DNA from: Felis catus
Lineage: Eukaryota
Length of the DNA: 64,000 nucleotides
NCBI RefSeq assembly: GCF_018350175.1
Contig: NC_058382.1
Location: forward strand, 38,378,001-38,442,000
Direction: 5' to 3'
This document shows, piece after piece, positions 1 through 11,740 of this stretch (positions are counted from its first letter, which is position 1; each line of letters opens with the position of its first letter). Both the position numbers and the translations under genes were made by a program. The notes under the pieces were generated by a model. It was not told the DNA's origin and ran no database searches. It saw nothing but the letters and a program-made list of their open reading frames with translations.

Positions 1-39
1 TGATGTACATGTGAGGACAGAAGAAGTCAGTTAAAGGGG

Positions 40-280
40 TTAACAGATATTCAGTGCTTGCTCTGCACCAGACACTGTGTTTCTCCTGTCATAGTCTAGC
101 TAATTTGATTCTCAGAATGAGCCTAAAATGCAAACACTACTATGTTTTCTCTTTTGCAGAGGTGGTTACTGAGGATAAGAAAGTAAATAAGTTGCCAAGA
201 GTCACATAGAAAATAAAACAGACAGTGGATCTTAGATTAAAACCCGTATCGGCCTTAATTTAAATCTCGTGCTCTTCTCT
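40..280 (-). mobile_element. MIR SINE (ancient)
   Basis: Antisense MIR core TTTGCAGAGGTGGTTACTGAGG...AAGTTGCCAAGAGTCACA; boundaries approximate. Confidence 0.7.
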
Positions 281-454
281 TGTTCAGAAAATTGAGGCAG
301 GAGGGGTGTTCAACATCAGGGCACGTGAAGAAGAATCAGAGGAAAACCTGCAACCACTTAATTTTTTGGTGTACTTATTTAGTGTATTTTAAAATAATTG
401 TTGAACCTGAAGGAAAGAATGCACGCATACTCTGTGGATTGTTTTTTGTTTCCT

Positions 455-1330
455 AAAACCGTGTGAATAAATTGCTGAGATGGTGCCCACAAACCCTCGC
501 CCACCTTACTGTGCATTTCCTACAATAAATACATTCTTCTACGTGGCCACAGTACAATCCTGTCCATGAGTAATTTAACACCAATACATGAGTAACGTTG
601 AATTCTGAGACTTCCTTCAAGTTTTGCTAGTAGATGAAAAGGTGCCCTTTTACAACAAAGGGAAGCAGTCTAGAATTTAGTGTCTCTTTATTTCCCTTTA
701 ACCTGAGAGCATTCTTCTATATTTCCTCGCCCTCTGATGGCCTTATTCCTCTGAAGATTAGAAGCCACTTACATTGGAGAATGTTTCTCAATTAGAGCTT
801 ATCTGAAAATTTCTTATGAGCAGATTCAGGCTATGTACCTGTGGCGAGAATTCTGCAAAATCAGTGCTGCGTTGTTCTCGCTGCATCTCATCCCACGATG
901 CCCAGATCCTCTCTCCCCCATTGTAGGTTGAGGTTCACACTTGGATCTCTTGGTATAAACAGTGTCCAGCAGGCTTTTCCATTGTAAATGAGCCAGTTTT
1001 CCTTTACAATTTACAACTAGTCTATGGGGAGCTACTTTGAAACTATATACATAATCCAATTCTGATAAAACTTTCAATATATTCATTCATTATATAAGAC
1101 TGTAGAATAGTGATTTCATATTTTATTCAATGCATTGCAATTTGTTACTCCTGTTACCTATTCTGAGTCTCAAGTTTCCCTAAACTGATCAGAGCCCCTT
1201 CAATGAGATTTCTGTCTCCTTTTGAAATTCCCCACCGTCCATTAGTACATCTCTACTTTCTGATTTAAGATGCTCCAGACATGGTTTTATGCCATTCTCT
1301 ACCTGACCGGATTCTAACAAACTGCTCTGG
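455..1330 (-). mobile_element. Old L1 3' end (L1MC4/L1MC5-like)
   Basis: Motifs GAATGTTTCTCAATT..., AGATTCAGGCTATG, GAGCCCCTTCAA...CTGTCTCCTTTTGA, AAGATGCTCCAG typical of the antisense L1MC 3' UTR. Confidence 0.65.
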
Positions 1331-1944
1331 ACCACACAGCATTCTTGGACCTGGCGTGCATACCTACCTTCCTCAGTCTCACCTGAATTATCTGGCAAGA
1401 GAAGAGGAGGGAAGGATAAAGGGAAAGAAGGTGGGTGCAAAGAGTTTTGGCAGACCTTGCGACTGGAAAGAAGAATTCTGGATAACTGTCACAGCATGGA
1501 TGCAAAACAAGCATGGTGTATTAAAAGACATTCTCCTAATTCATTAAATACTTATAAAATGCAAGCCAGCTCAGTGGCAGGATGCAAGCCTAGAGAGATA
1601 GACTGATCCCAGAGTGTGAAGAACAGGGAGCTTCTGCTGAACACAGAGTCTGTGTCTGCTTCATTGGATGCCCAGTAAATATTTAATGAATGAATCTTTA
1701 ATGGATATTACGCATTCAAAATCACCACTGGGAAACAGCCTGGAGAAAGATAGAACTACGGAATCCTAGAAATATGATTTTTGGTTCCTGAAAGAATATC
1801 CTCACCTTGGATGCTGGTAAACTCCTACTCATTCTTCAAGTTTCTTGGGAATCTTTCCTAATTCTCAGCCATCTTTCAAGGTAGATGCTCCCTGATCTGT
1901 CTTCCTGCAACACTATGCACATTTGTATCTTAACACTGAATCAA

Positions 1945-2402
1945 CAAGGTTAGATTAACTGCTTATGACAGGAAAACACAGATAACCACGGCTTGAACAA
2001 GATGGAAATTTATTTCTCTCACATAATCTTACATAGACGAGATTAGACAGTTTCGTGACCATCGGTATTTTTATAAGTTGCTGCTTTGCAATTTTTAATA
2101 TGTCACCTCACAGTCCAACATGGCCCTTCAAACTCCAATCATCATGTCTGAATTAAAGAGGAAGACATAAAGAAAAGCGGGCTACCTCTCTACAAGGACA
2201 ACTCTTGGAAATTGTACATACAGCTACATTTAGTGTCAATTTAAGAGAAAGAAGTTACACGGTTATACCTTACTACACAGATGAGTAGGAAATGTAATTG
2301 AATTCATGGTTACCACTAGTCTAGGTAAATATCAGGGGTTCCTTTATTAAGGAAGAAAGGAGGAATGGATTTGGGGGAACAAATCCATTAGTCTGTGCCA
2401 AA
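1945..2402 (-). mobile_element. MLT1 (J/K-like) MaLR solo LTR
   Basis: GGCTTGAACAAGATGGAAATTTATTTCTCTCAC ... GGAAATGTAATT ... AAGGAAGAAAGGAGGAATGGAT...GTCTGTGCCA. Confidence 0.6.
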
Positions 2403-2769
2403 ATCATTAGCATATGTGTTAGGAGCATATGTTTATAAGTCCATTGCTCCCAGGTTGGATTCATGTATTCATTTGTACATTTATTCATTGAAAAAAATGT
2501 GTATCAATACCGACTATAACTTACCGCTCATTTGCACTGTGGTAGAGATGGACAAATTTCAGCAGGTTAAATGAAATGCTAGGAATTCCTTCAAAATATG
2601 TATAACCGTGAATTTCCCTTAAATCCCCAGTGTCTTCAGCAGTCTCTAGCACAAGATACACATTCAAAAACTGTTGTTAATTAAACGAAGGAAAAGATTA
2701 GAAGCAACATGGAGTTTTCTAGAAAACGATAGTCAAGAAGCCGAAACAATACAGAAGATGCAAACCCAG

Positions 2770-2970
2770 TTTCTGAAGGCAAACTCTTTGTGTTTAGTGC
2801 ATCTACCGGTGCCACTTACTGAGTGACCCTGGGGAAATTATTTAACTTTCTTTAGAATGGGAGTATAATAGCGATTCCTCATGGTGTTTCAGAGGGATCA
2901 AATTAGATGGTATGTGGCAGAGGCAGAGAAGAGTATATGACACATTGTAAACACTCAATAAATTTTGTTT
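2770..2970 (+). mobile_element. MIR SINE
   Basis: GCCACTTACTGAGTGACCCTGGGGAAATTATTTAAC ... CACTCAATAAAT. Confidence 0.75.
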
Positions 2971-3669
2971 TGCTAGGATGCACGTACAGAGGACTGCCTC
3001 TTTCTTATACTGCTCTTTTAGATCAGCCTCATTGGTTAATCTATTGAGCCCAGTCCTATCCCTTCAGCGATAGAGTCCCAAAAGTCATCTGTAGGCTACA
3101 GGTAAAATAGGTTTTCATCAGCACAAGGATGGAAATACCACCCTGTTCCTTGTGCTATCGCTGCTGCCAATTACTTAGCTAAAAATGTTACCAAAGAGGT
3201 ATTTTCAAATAGACTAATATCTATCTGCTCACATTAAAGCTGTTTCCCAGTTGCAAAGTATGATGGTTATAACCCATAATATATTTTTTTAAAGTTTAGT
3301 GAGGATGGGGGATAAAACCTAGAATAGATTACAGGGAGTATATAATGAACAGAATGCTAACAAAGTTTCTTTTTTTTTTAATTACATTCACATTTGAGAT
3401 CTAGAGACCCTAAGGTCTTGCACGAAATCACATGGTCCCTTCTTCTCCCTCTTTTCTTTCTAAAAGGAATCTCTTACTTTTGGGGGGGGGGCGGATAAAA
3501 AAAGAAAGAGAAGTTCCTATAAAGCAGAGTTACAAAGGAAATCCATCAGCTTAATGTTTTTCTACTAAAGAACAAGAAAGCAGGAAGAGAAATGTACCTG
3601 GATGTGTTGGCAGGGAGGAAAAGAACCAATATGTGTTGGTTATCTGCTGTTTGTCTAGACTGACGTCAA

Positions 3670-3885
3670 AGAGTGGATCAGAGTGCAGGCTCTGAGCTTG
3701 AGAAGGCAGTTTCAAATACTGGCTCTACCACTTACATAGTGATTATGAGAAAGCTGCTTAATTTGTCTGCACCTAAGTTTCCTCATCTGCAAAATAGGGT
3801 TAGTATCTATGTCATAAAGGCAAGATAGGCTTGCAAAACAATTATTCCATGTCTGACTCATAGCATGTATTGGAAAACATTAAGT
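3670..3885 (+). mobile_element. MIR SINE
   Basis: GGCTCTACCACTTAC ... AGTTTCCTCATCTGCAAAATAGGG core. Confidence 0.75.
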
Positions 3886-4061
3886 ATTTTACAAAGAAGA
3901 CAGTGGCTGAGAGAAGTTCAGAATTAAAGTCTCAGACAAACAAACAAAATCAAACAAGTCCTTACGCTCTATATCCAGCTATTTTCACTTAATTGTAATT
4001 ACTGTCAAGCCTCCCCACGTGATTTAAGAATACAGCTATATTTGAAAAGAATTGCACTAAG

Positions 4062-4480
4062 CTTAGCACTTAAAATTTAGCACCAAGGGGTGCCTGGGTA
4101 GCACAGTCAGTTAAGCATCCGACTCTTGATTTTGGCTCAGATCATTATCTCACAGCTTGTGGGTTCCAGCCCCGTGTTGGGCTCTGGGTTGACAGCTCAG
4201 AGCCTGGAGCCTGTTTCCAATTTTGTGTTTCCCTCTCTCTCTCTGTCCATCCCCTGCTCGCACTCTACCTCTCTCTGTCTCTCAAAAATGAATTAAAAAT
4301 GTCAAAAAAAAAATTTAGCACCTAGCAATATTACTAGGAAATCTTATTAAATAACAGATTTCCAGGCCTATCTCTGCAGATTTCTGACTCTGTAGGTTTT
4401 AACTGGAGCCTGAGAAGTTGGCATGAACAAGTACATAGGGCATGCTGGTTGATCTGGGAACTGCACTTTGAGACCACTGC
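4062..4480 (-). mobile_element. MER5A hAT-Charlie DNA transposon relic, split by a Can-SINE
   Basis: AACAGATTTCCAGGCC...TTTCTGACTCTGTAGG...CACTTTGAGACCACTG terminal; left end continues before the SINE. Confidence 0.7.
4087..4309 (+). mobile_element. Can-SINE
   Basis: GGGGTGCCTGGGTAGCACAGTC head, CT tract, A tail; TSD AAAATTTAGCACC at 4072-4084 and 4310-4322. Confidence 0.95.
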
Positions 4481-5299
4481 TCTGGACTCTACTGTTCCGA
4501 CTAGGATGAGTTTTCCCAGAAATGCTTTTTGACCCACCATATAACTAAGTCCCAGGTATGACTGCTCAAATGGTCTTGAGACATGCCTGGGTGGACATAA
4601 AGCCTACAACGACAATTGCAATTTTGCCAAACTTTGCTTTTGCTGTTCTCAACTAACCATCTGCCAAACCCGTTGCTCTGTGGAAAGTATTCAATTAAGC
4701 GAATACGTTTTGGGAAAAGTTATCTCTGAGCATTGAAAACATTTTGTCTTTACTGATGAGGTAACTTTTCTCTGTCCTTGAGACATTGTTGGAGTCATAT
4801 TATTCACAAGAAGGCTTACATTTGTAAGACAGACTCACAGGGGTCTGTCTAGTGGTGCCCATTAAGACACCAGGACATCCAGTGGAAAAAGAACTTGGGT
4901 AGAGGACTTCCTTCAAGAGGAGGCTACAGTTTTGCTACAGATATGAAGTTTACCACTGCCATGTGATCTCTGAAACAAATAAGCAGCTCCATCGTGAAGG
5001 GCTCAAGAAGCAATCCGGACTTTTGTGTTTGGTGGAAAGAGTTAGAAATGGAGATCCTGGAGTTATACTAAGATATACACCTACCTTACTTGGTTAAAAA
5101 TGAGGAGATACTATCTCCAAGCTTTGGAAAAACGAATCATGACTTTCTGCTATTGGCAGTGAATGACATATAACGTATACATGGACATTTTACATGATAA
5201 ATTTAGGGAGGTGATCCACACTTAATATTAAGTCCAGGTATGCCTGCACAACTACGTTTAAATTCTATCTCCACTACTCTATAGCACCATAACACTGAA

Positions 5300-5415
5300 C
5301 ATGCCATTACACCTCTCCAAACTCTGATTTCTGCTCCGTAAAATGCAATAAGGATAATTAATAACTGGGATGTTGTAAGGATTCAGAGATGTAACATAAA
5401 ACAAGCACTTACATG
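5300..5415 (+). mobile_element. MIR fragment
   Basis: CTGATTTCTGCTCCGTAAAATG ... GATGTTGTAAGGATT. Confidence 0.5.
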
Positions 5416-5733
5416 TATTATTTTGTAGGCAAGATGTGCTACCATTTAGTAAGAATTTATTGTTATATGTTATAGATATATATAAGCAAGCACTCTTTTC
5501 TCATATACAAATAAAGCATAATACAGACAGTATTTGTTAATACAATAAGCTAATACGTAAGGGGTTGCTTTCGGAATGGCATGGTTTTGTCTCTAGTTAT
5601 TGAGTTTTTATGGAAGAAAATAGCTTTCATCCTAAGCACAGGGGTGGGCAGTATCATGCTTTGATTTAGTCAATAAGAGTCACAAAGTGAGCAAGGCAGA
5701 GGAGAGTGGTACATAGATAGAGTTGTCAGAAAC

Positions 5734-5969
5734 NNNNNNNNNNNNNNNNNNNNNNNNNNNNNNNNNNNNNNNNNNNNNNNNNNNNNNNNNNNNNNNNNNN
5801 NNNNNNNNNNNNNNNNNNNNNNNNNNNNNNNNNNNNNNNNNNNNNNNNNNNNNNNNNNNNNNNNNNNNNNNNNNNNNNNNNNNNNNNNNNNNNNNNNNNN
5901 NNNNNNNNNNNNNNNNNNNNNNNNNNNNNNNNNNNNNNNNNNNNNNNNNNNNNNNNNNNNNNNNNNNNN
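5734..5969. other. Assembly gap (236 N)
   Basis: N run. Confidence 0.99.
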
Positions 5970-6129
5970 AAGGACCTTGTATGAGGATGTTAATAGCTGC
6001 TATTAGGCTTGGAATCAGCCCTTCCCTAAGAGGGAAACAAAAGTGCAGGTTTAGTGTCATTCGATCAGAGAAACTAATAGGATGGCTGTGAAATGCCATG
6101 ACAGAGCGGCCTCATGCACGACAAAAGAC

Positions 6130-6235
6130 CAGACAGAACCGGCCTGCCCAGATCTGACACCTTCTAGCTGAGGGTCTTGGGTAAGTTCTTAACCCTCTCT
6201 CTCAGTTTTTTCATCTGCAAAATGTAAATACCAAT
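6130..6235 (+). mobile_element. MIR fragment
   Basis: TCTTGGGTAAGTTCTTAACCCTCTCTCTCAGTTTTTTCATCTGCAAAATG. Confidence 0.75.
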
Positions 6236-6549
6236 CCATATACTGCTTTACATCAATTCCCTGTACCTATTTTTTGAAGCACACACGTGAAAGACAGGAA
6301 GGAAAGAAGGAAGAGGGTGGGGAGCAACAGAAAGACAGACAGACAAAGAAGCCTCTGTAGTCTGACAAAGATGCATATTGCGTAAAGACAAAAAACAGAA
6401 CCTTTTAATTCAAGACTTGGTAGCAATAGCCACAGTTTTTTCATCACTCCACCTATGACTTGTTCTCACAGTTTCATGTTTTGGGCTTCCTAGGAGGTAT
6501 CCCTTCAAGCTTTCCCAGAGACAGGCATCAAAAGAAGGAAAGCAGCCAG

Positions 6550-6760
6550 TGACTGAGTGCTGATGTTCCAAGTATAAAGTACAATTGCACTTAACACAGT
6601 AACCTTATGAGTTAGGCACTTTCGATCTTCAATTTTGCAAAGTGGAACCCAAGGTTAACAAGTTGATGTGAGGTATGTGGGGTCACAATATTGGTAAAAA
6701 GGAAATCTATGACTGTGAACCAGTCTAGCTTTAAAGTCTGTGTAACTGACTACCATTGGG
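6550..6760 (-). mobile_element. MIR SINE
   Basis: AACCTTATGAGTTAGG...TTTTGCAAAGTGGAACCCAAGG...GGTCACA. Confidence 0.55.
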
Positions 6761-8674
6761 TTCTGTGCTGCACCTGCCAAGTCTGGAATATCAGAAAATA
6801 ATTCAACATATTGTGGCAAGAGGTCGTCCTCAGGATCTCATAGCAGTGTATACCAGGCAAGATTTTAGCACTTGTTTAAAAATGTTCTATGAAAGAAGAT
6901 ACTCCTCATGCTCATACAGACTTCCCTTCAGACAAACCTCTTGCAGAAAGTTTATAGATCAAGTGACATTCTAGGCAATTAAGGCCTCAAAGAGCCTAGG
7001 GAGGATGCATACGTTTTCAAAAATAATTTCCACCGTGGCAGAAATGCAAATTGATTGAAGTTACAGTGTCACTCATAAAGTTTGCGAGTCTTTTTAAGAA
7101 TGACATTAAGCAGTGACAGACAATTGACAGGGACAGCCACTTCAACGGAGGTTGACAGAAGGACTGGAATGCCTTAAGAAGGAAAAAAAAATCCAGTGGT
7201 GGATATGCATAATGAGGGATTGTTTTCTTCCCATTCTTTCTCTTCCTATATTTTTAGATATACATGTCAATATATGCCTTTTCCTAATTTTAAAAATACA
7301 AAGCCTCTCCTTTATATTTATCTTTTAAGATCTCAGATAGCAATTAGTACTTTGCATTTAAACAAAAACACCTTAACTAAATAAAACAGAGTTTATAAAA
7401 CAGAACATATGGTGCCATCTGCAGAATAGTGCTGAGAATTTGGGGAAATATGGAGGTGACTACATTTTTCTCATCTACAACAGGCTCAAAATAAAGAGCT
7501 TAGAGTATTTTCTTGAAAGCTCTCAAGTGAGAATGTTTTGGACTGGTTTCTCATCATAAAACTAAATGAGCATAGATTAGCTTGTGACCAGATAATATTG
7601 AGCCCTTAGATCTGGAAAGAAACTTCTGCTGGTAAATTTTACAAGCATGAAACCTGGAGCACAGTTGGGCAAAAAGATCTGCCACCTTCACTCAGCCAGT
7701 AAATGTCAGAACTTGGACTGAACCTCAAGCCCCTGTCTGTTTTGCTTCACATCACTGTCACTCTTTAAAGGGAATATGGCTTCCGATTGAGATGCAAAGT
7801 TCCTCTGATCACTGTCTGAGCTAAGTGATAGCACTATATATATAGTAACATAATAGTAATGTGTAGATATGTAGTAATAGATATACTTACATAGAGTTTA
7901 AAGTACCATAACTGTAGTAGTTATACAATACGTATAACAATAGTGTTCTTACTGCACATAATTTAGGGGATTCTGGTGTGATACATGAAACCCATTTCAA
8001 TCCAATAGGGCTGAAGTTTGAGCACTCACCATGTGGCAATTACTCTGGACCTCAGGGCACAAAGAATAAGTCAAACTCCTGACCTCTTCAGAGGGCCTTT
8101 TTTCAACAATACATGTGCTTGTCTTATAATTACATTTTCTAGAACCTTGATAGTTACCTTCATTTAGCTTTAAAAATGTACTATAACAAACAAAAATAAA
8201 ATTAAAAAAAAAACACAGAAGATGCCTGACACTAGGATTTCTTCTATGTAATAGTGAGTTGCCAGGTTGAGGGGTGATCAAACAAGATAAACAGTATCTC
8301 ATTCACCTCTACATCCAATAATCTATTCTGAAGAGATGTTCTGTGAACCATGAACTCATGAAACACGAAGGAAGATCTATTTTCCTCCCTTCCTTATGAC
8401 GACTTGGCTGGCTGAGGAACTGCAAGAAGCAAAAGAGATTCCAGCTCACTTTATAAGATACTTAAGAGAGTATCTGTAGTGGAACATAGAATAAGACCAA
8501 GCAACAAATGGGTTTTCTAAATATAGGGTCTTACACTCAGTAGTGAGATATTCAATAGTGAGAGTCCAGGGAAGTAAGGGAAACCCTAGAAAGGCTTTCA
8601 GGCTTTCACACCCTGGACACGTCTTTCTCTGATTAGTAAGGTAGAGGGTAGAGGGATTTTAGTGCTCAAAGAAG

Positions 8675-8705
8675 TTTTTGTTTTTGTTTTTGTTTTTGTT
8701 TTTTG
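8675..8705. repeat. (TTTTTG)n microsatellite
   Basis: About 5 tandem units. Confidence 0.9.
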
Positions 8706-8854
8706 CTTGCTGTCCAACACCATTCCCATTGACAGCATAAAAAAGACAATTTGTCTTTAATAAACCCAGAAAAGAAAAATCTTAGGCAAACATGAGCTTG
8801 AGCTCTCTTTTTAAACCATCTTTCCTTTTTCCGTCTCACAACTTTTATGAGTCA

Positions 8855-9060
8855 GAGGACTTGATTAAGTGGACATTGGAATCGGATGTCCTGGTTCCAA
8901 TTCCATGCTTCCTAATTACCAGCTCTGAGACCTTGGGCAACTAAGCGCTCTGTATTTCTTTCATTAGCTTACAAATCATCATACTGATGCTTCTGAGAGT
9001 ACCCATATATATTTTTTGAATCATTAAGATATATGGCCTGAGAACATTACAAAATATTTG
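8855..9060 (+). mobile_element. MIR SINE
   Basis: CCTGGTTCCAATTCC...TTACCAGCTCTGAGACCTTGGGCAA. Confidence 0.65.
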
Positions 9061-9225
9061 AAATCAAGGCTAATTTTGAAAATCTAAGAAAAGTTAATGC
9101 ACACCTACCTCACGCTGCTATATTACTTCTGAAAGCAATAATACATAGTTTTCCATTTAAATATCAATAGATTATAATTAGTACAGAATTAAAAATCATA
9201 GAGGTAACAAATTTTGTCAAAAATC

Positions 9226-9582
9226 AGAGTGGAAGTTAAAAGCATAGTTTCTAGAGTGAGAGTCTAGACCCATCATTTGCAAACCATGTGACCTTGTTAC
9301 ATGCCAAATCTTAAGGTAAGTATATATATATACATACTGTATATATGTATATATACTGTATATATACTGTACATATACTGCATATATGTATATGTATATA
9401 TACATATAACATGATTAGTTGCCCAATAATGTTATATATATACATATATATGTCACATTTAATATTTGAAATCCAAATAGTGCTCATACCTACTTTAGAA
9501 GATTGTCTTGATTAGTAATAAAAATACAAATGTATTGAACACAATGCTTGACATATAGTGATCAATAAAAGTTATTATTGTT
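9226..9582 (+). mobile_element. MIR split by a TA-rich simple repeat (about 9318-9450)
   Basis: 5' half ends ATGTGACCTTG; 3' half CATACCTACTTTAGAAGATTG...TGCTTGACATATAGTGATCAATAAAAGTTATTATT. Confidence 0.65.
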
Positions 9583-9974
9583 AACAATCTTTGCTCATAA
9601 GCAAAAGCACAGCAATCAGTGATTTATTGGTGTTCATCAAATTTGCTATCTTATGGGGTATTATTGAGTTATTCAACCTCAACATCTAACAGTGTCCTTA
9701 GCAAATAATAGGATCTCAATCAATATTCGTTTAATGATTAAACAATGAATTTTCAAAAGCAGAAATAATATTTAACCTTAGTTTTACTCTCACTAGTAAA
9801 TTTCCAGTTAGTTTCCATTTACATATTGAGAGAACAATGCTAGTTGTGTGCCTATGAGTAAATCATTTTCTCTTCAACTTCCTCAATTTACTGAGACAAA
9901 TGGATGCAGTGGATAAATATGTGATTTATTTGAGAAATCTCTGCTGCAAAGTCAACTACAAATCACTGGGCTTT

Positions 9975-10323
9975 GGGGCACCTGGGTGGCTTCATCAGTT
10001 GGGCATACCACTCCTGATTTCAGATCAGGTCATGATCCCGGGGTCACGGGATCAAGCCCCACATCAGCCTCTGTGCTGAGTTTGGAGCCTGCCTAAGATT
10101 CTCTCTCTCTCTCTCTCTCTCTGACTCTCACTCTCACTCTCTCTCTCTCTCCCCCTCTGCTCCTCTCTCCCACTCATGCTCTCCCTCACTGTAAATTAAA
10201 TCTAAAAAAAAAAAAAGAAAGAACTAGTTGTACGATCCTCAAATTCTTCCCTCCACATCTCATGTTATTAGAAAAGAACAATATATGTGACTGCAAATGA
10301 GTAAACTTTAAACAAAAGAAAAA
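9975..10323 (+). mobile_element. Can-SINE (older type) with about 100-nt 3' extension inside its TSD
   Basis: Head at 9975, CT tract, A tail to about 10216, unique sequence, second A-rich tail; TSD ACAAATCACTGG(G/T)CTTT at 9958-9974 and 10324-10340. Confidence 0.9.
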
Positions 10324-10419
10324 ACAAATCACTGGTCTTTGTCTTTCCCTAAAAGTTTGAATTTTGAACAATAAAACCTATTTGGGACAACCATTCTTTC
10401 TTAAGAACTTGTAAATACA

Positions 10420-10641
10420 GGGGTCCCTGGGTGGCTCAGTCAGTCAAGTGTCCGACTTCGGCTCAGGTCATAATCTCACAGTTCATGGGTTTGAGCCCTG
10501 CATCCGGCTCTGTGCTGACAGCTCAGAGCCTGGAGCCTGCTTTGGATTCTGTGTCTCCCTCTCTCTCTGCTCCTCCCCCACTCACTCTTTGTCTCTCTCT
10601 CTCTCTCAAAAATAAATCAACATTAAAAAAATTGTTTTTAA
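10420..10641 (+). mobile_element. Can-SINE
   Basis: Perfect 17-bp TSD AAGAACTTGTAAATACA at 10403-10419 and 10642-10658. Confidence 0.97.
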
Positions 10642-10667
10642 AAGAACTTGTAAATACAATGTCATTG

Positions 10668-11042
10668 TCAAATACCATATGATCTGACTCATATGTGGAA
10701 TCTTAAGAAAAATAAAACATAAAGAAACAAACAGAAAGCAAAATCAGACCGATAAATACAGAGAACAAACGGTTGTCAGAGGGAAGGGGGTAGGGAGTGG
10801 GCAAGGTGGGCAAAGGGGAGTGAGAGATATAAGCTTCCAGGTATGGAATGAATAAGTCACAGGAGGAAAGGTACAGCATAGAGAATATAGTCAGCGATGC
10901 TGGAATAGCACTGTATGGCCATAGGTGGTGGCTTCACTTGTTCTGAGCTAGCAAAACATAGAGATGTTGAATCACTATGTTGTCCACCTGAAACTAATGT
11001 AACATCGTGTGCCAACTCTACTCAAAAACTTAAAAATAAACA
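10668..11042 (+). mobile_element. L1 3' end (carnivore L1_Carn-like), 5' truncated
   Basis: CAAATACCATATGATCTGACTCATATGTGGAATCT ... CACCTGAAACTAATGTAACATCGTGTGCCAACT plus A-rich tail. Confidence 0.9.
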
Positions 11043-11504
11043 AAATATCCTTTTACTTAGATGGATTTCATTGTTTCCTTATCAGTAAAAAAATATATCC
11101 ATTTTTACATGTGATCAAGTTTGAGTGAAATAGCTTCTATCTGATTAGGTAAAATTACACTGAATTCATCTTTGCTAATTGCAGTATGTCACCCCAATAC
11201 TGTCCTGAAGAAATTAGAAGCTCTTTTAGGTGCGAAAGACAATTCTTGCTGGGCAATTCTGCTGCCTATTATTTTCATTAAAATTGGTATTACAATGTAT
11301 TTCTTCAGGTATGTATTTCTTCAATGTCAATGTATTTCTTCCAACACACTGCTCTCCGAAACAGAGCCCAATTAGTGTGAGCAACTTGAATGGTTTACCT
11401 GTGACTTGCCTGGTTGTAACACTGAAATTCCCACATCAGGAGAAACCTCTCAGCTCTGGGCCAACAGACCACTGGTAACCCTTAATGAAAATAAAAGAAT
11501 GTAA

Positions 11505-11740
11505 GTGTATTTAGACTGGGGTGGTTTTGCCTCTCCCCACCCCTCACACCCAGTGGACTCTTGTTAATTCCTGGAGACATTTTTGGTTGCCATGACTTTT
11601 GGGGAGGGGTGGTTGCTACTGGTATCTGTGAGGTAGTGGCCAGAAATGTTGCTGAACATCCTACAATGCACAGCACAGGCCCTCACAAGAAAGAAGTGTC
11701 TGGTCCAAAATGCCAATCAGTGCCACTTTTGAGAAGCCTT
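11505..11740 (+). mobile_element. MER20 hAT-Charlie DNA transposon
   Basis: CTGGAGACATTTTTGGTTGCCATGAC ... AACATCCTACAATGCACAG ... TTGAGAAGCC. Confidence 0.9.

Noticed and set aside
5680-6099. Long ORFs crossing N runs (also near 17641, 18275, 24890, 34729, 45937, 58248)
   Set aside because: Open only because N codons cannot be stops
10431-10682. ORFs of the MAQSVK...SAQV...EPASDSVSPSLS type (also 21284, 29215, 30285, 47066, 52443, 55475, 55905, 57803, 60616)
   Set aside because: Translations of Can-SINE sequence, not genes
11295-11341. CRISPR-like repeat-spacer pattern
   Set aside because: 12-bp repeats with 4-7 nt spacers in mammalian DNA; no cas genes
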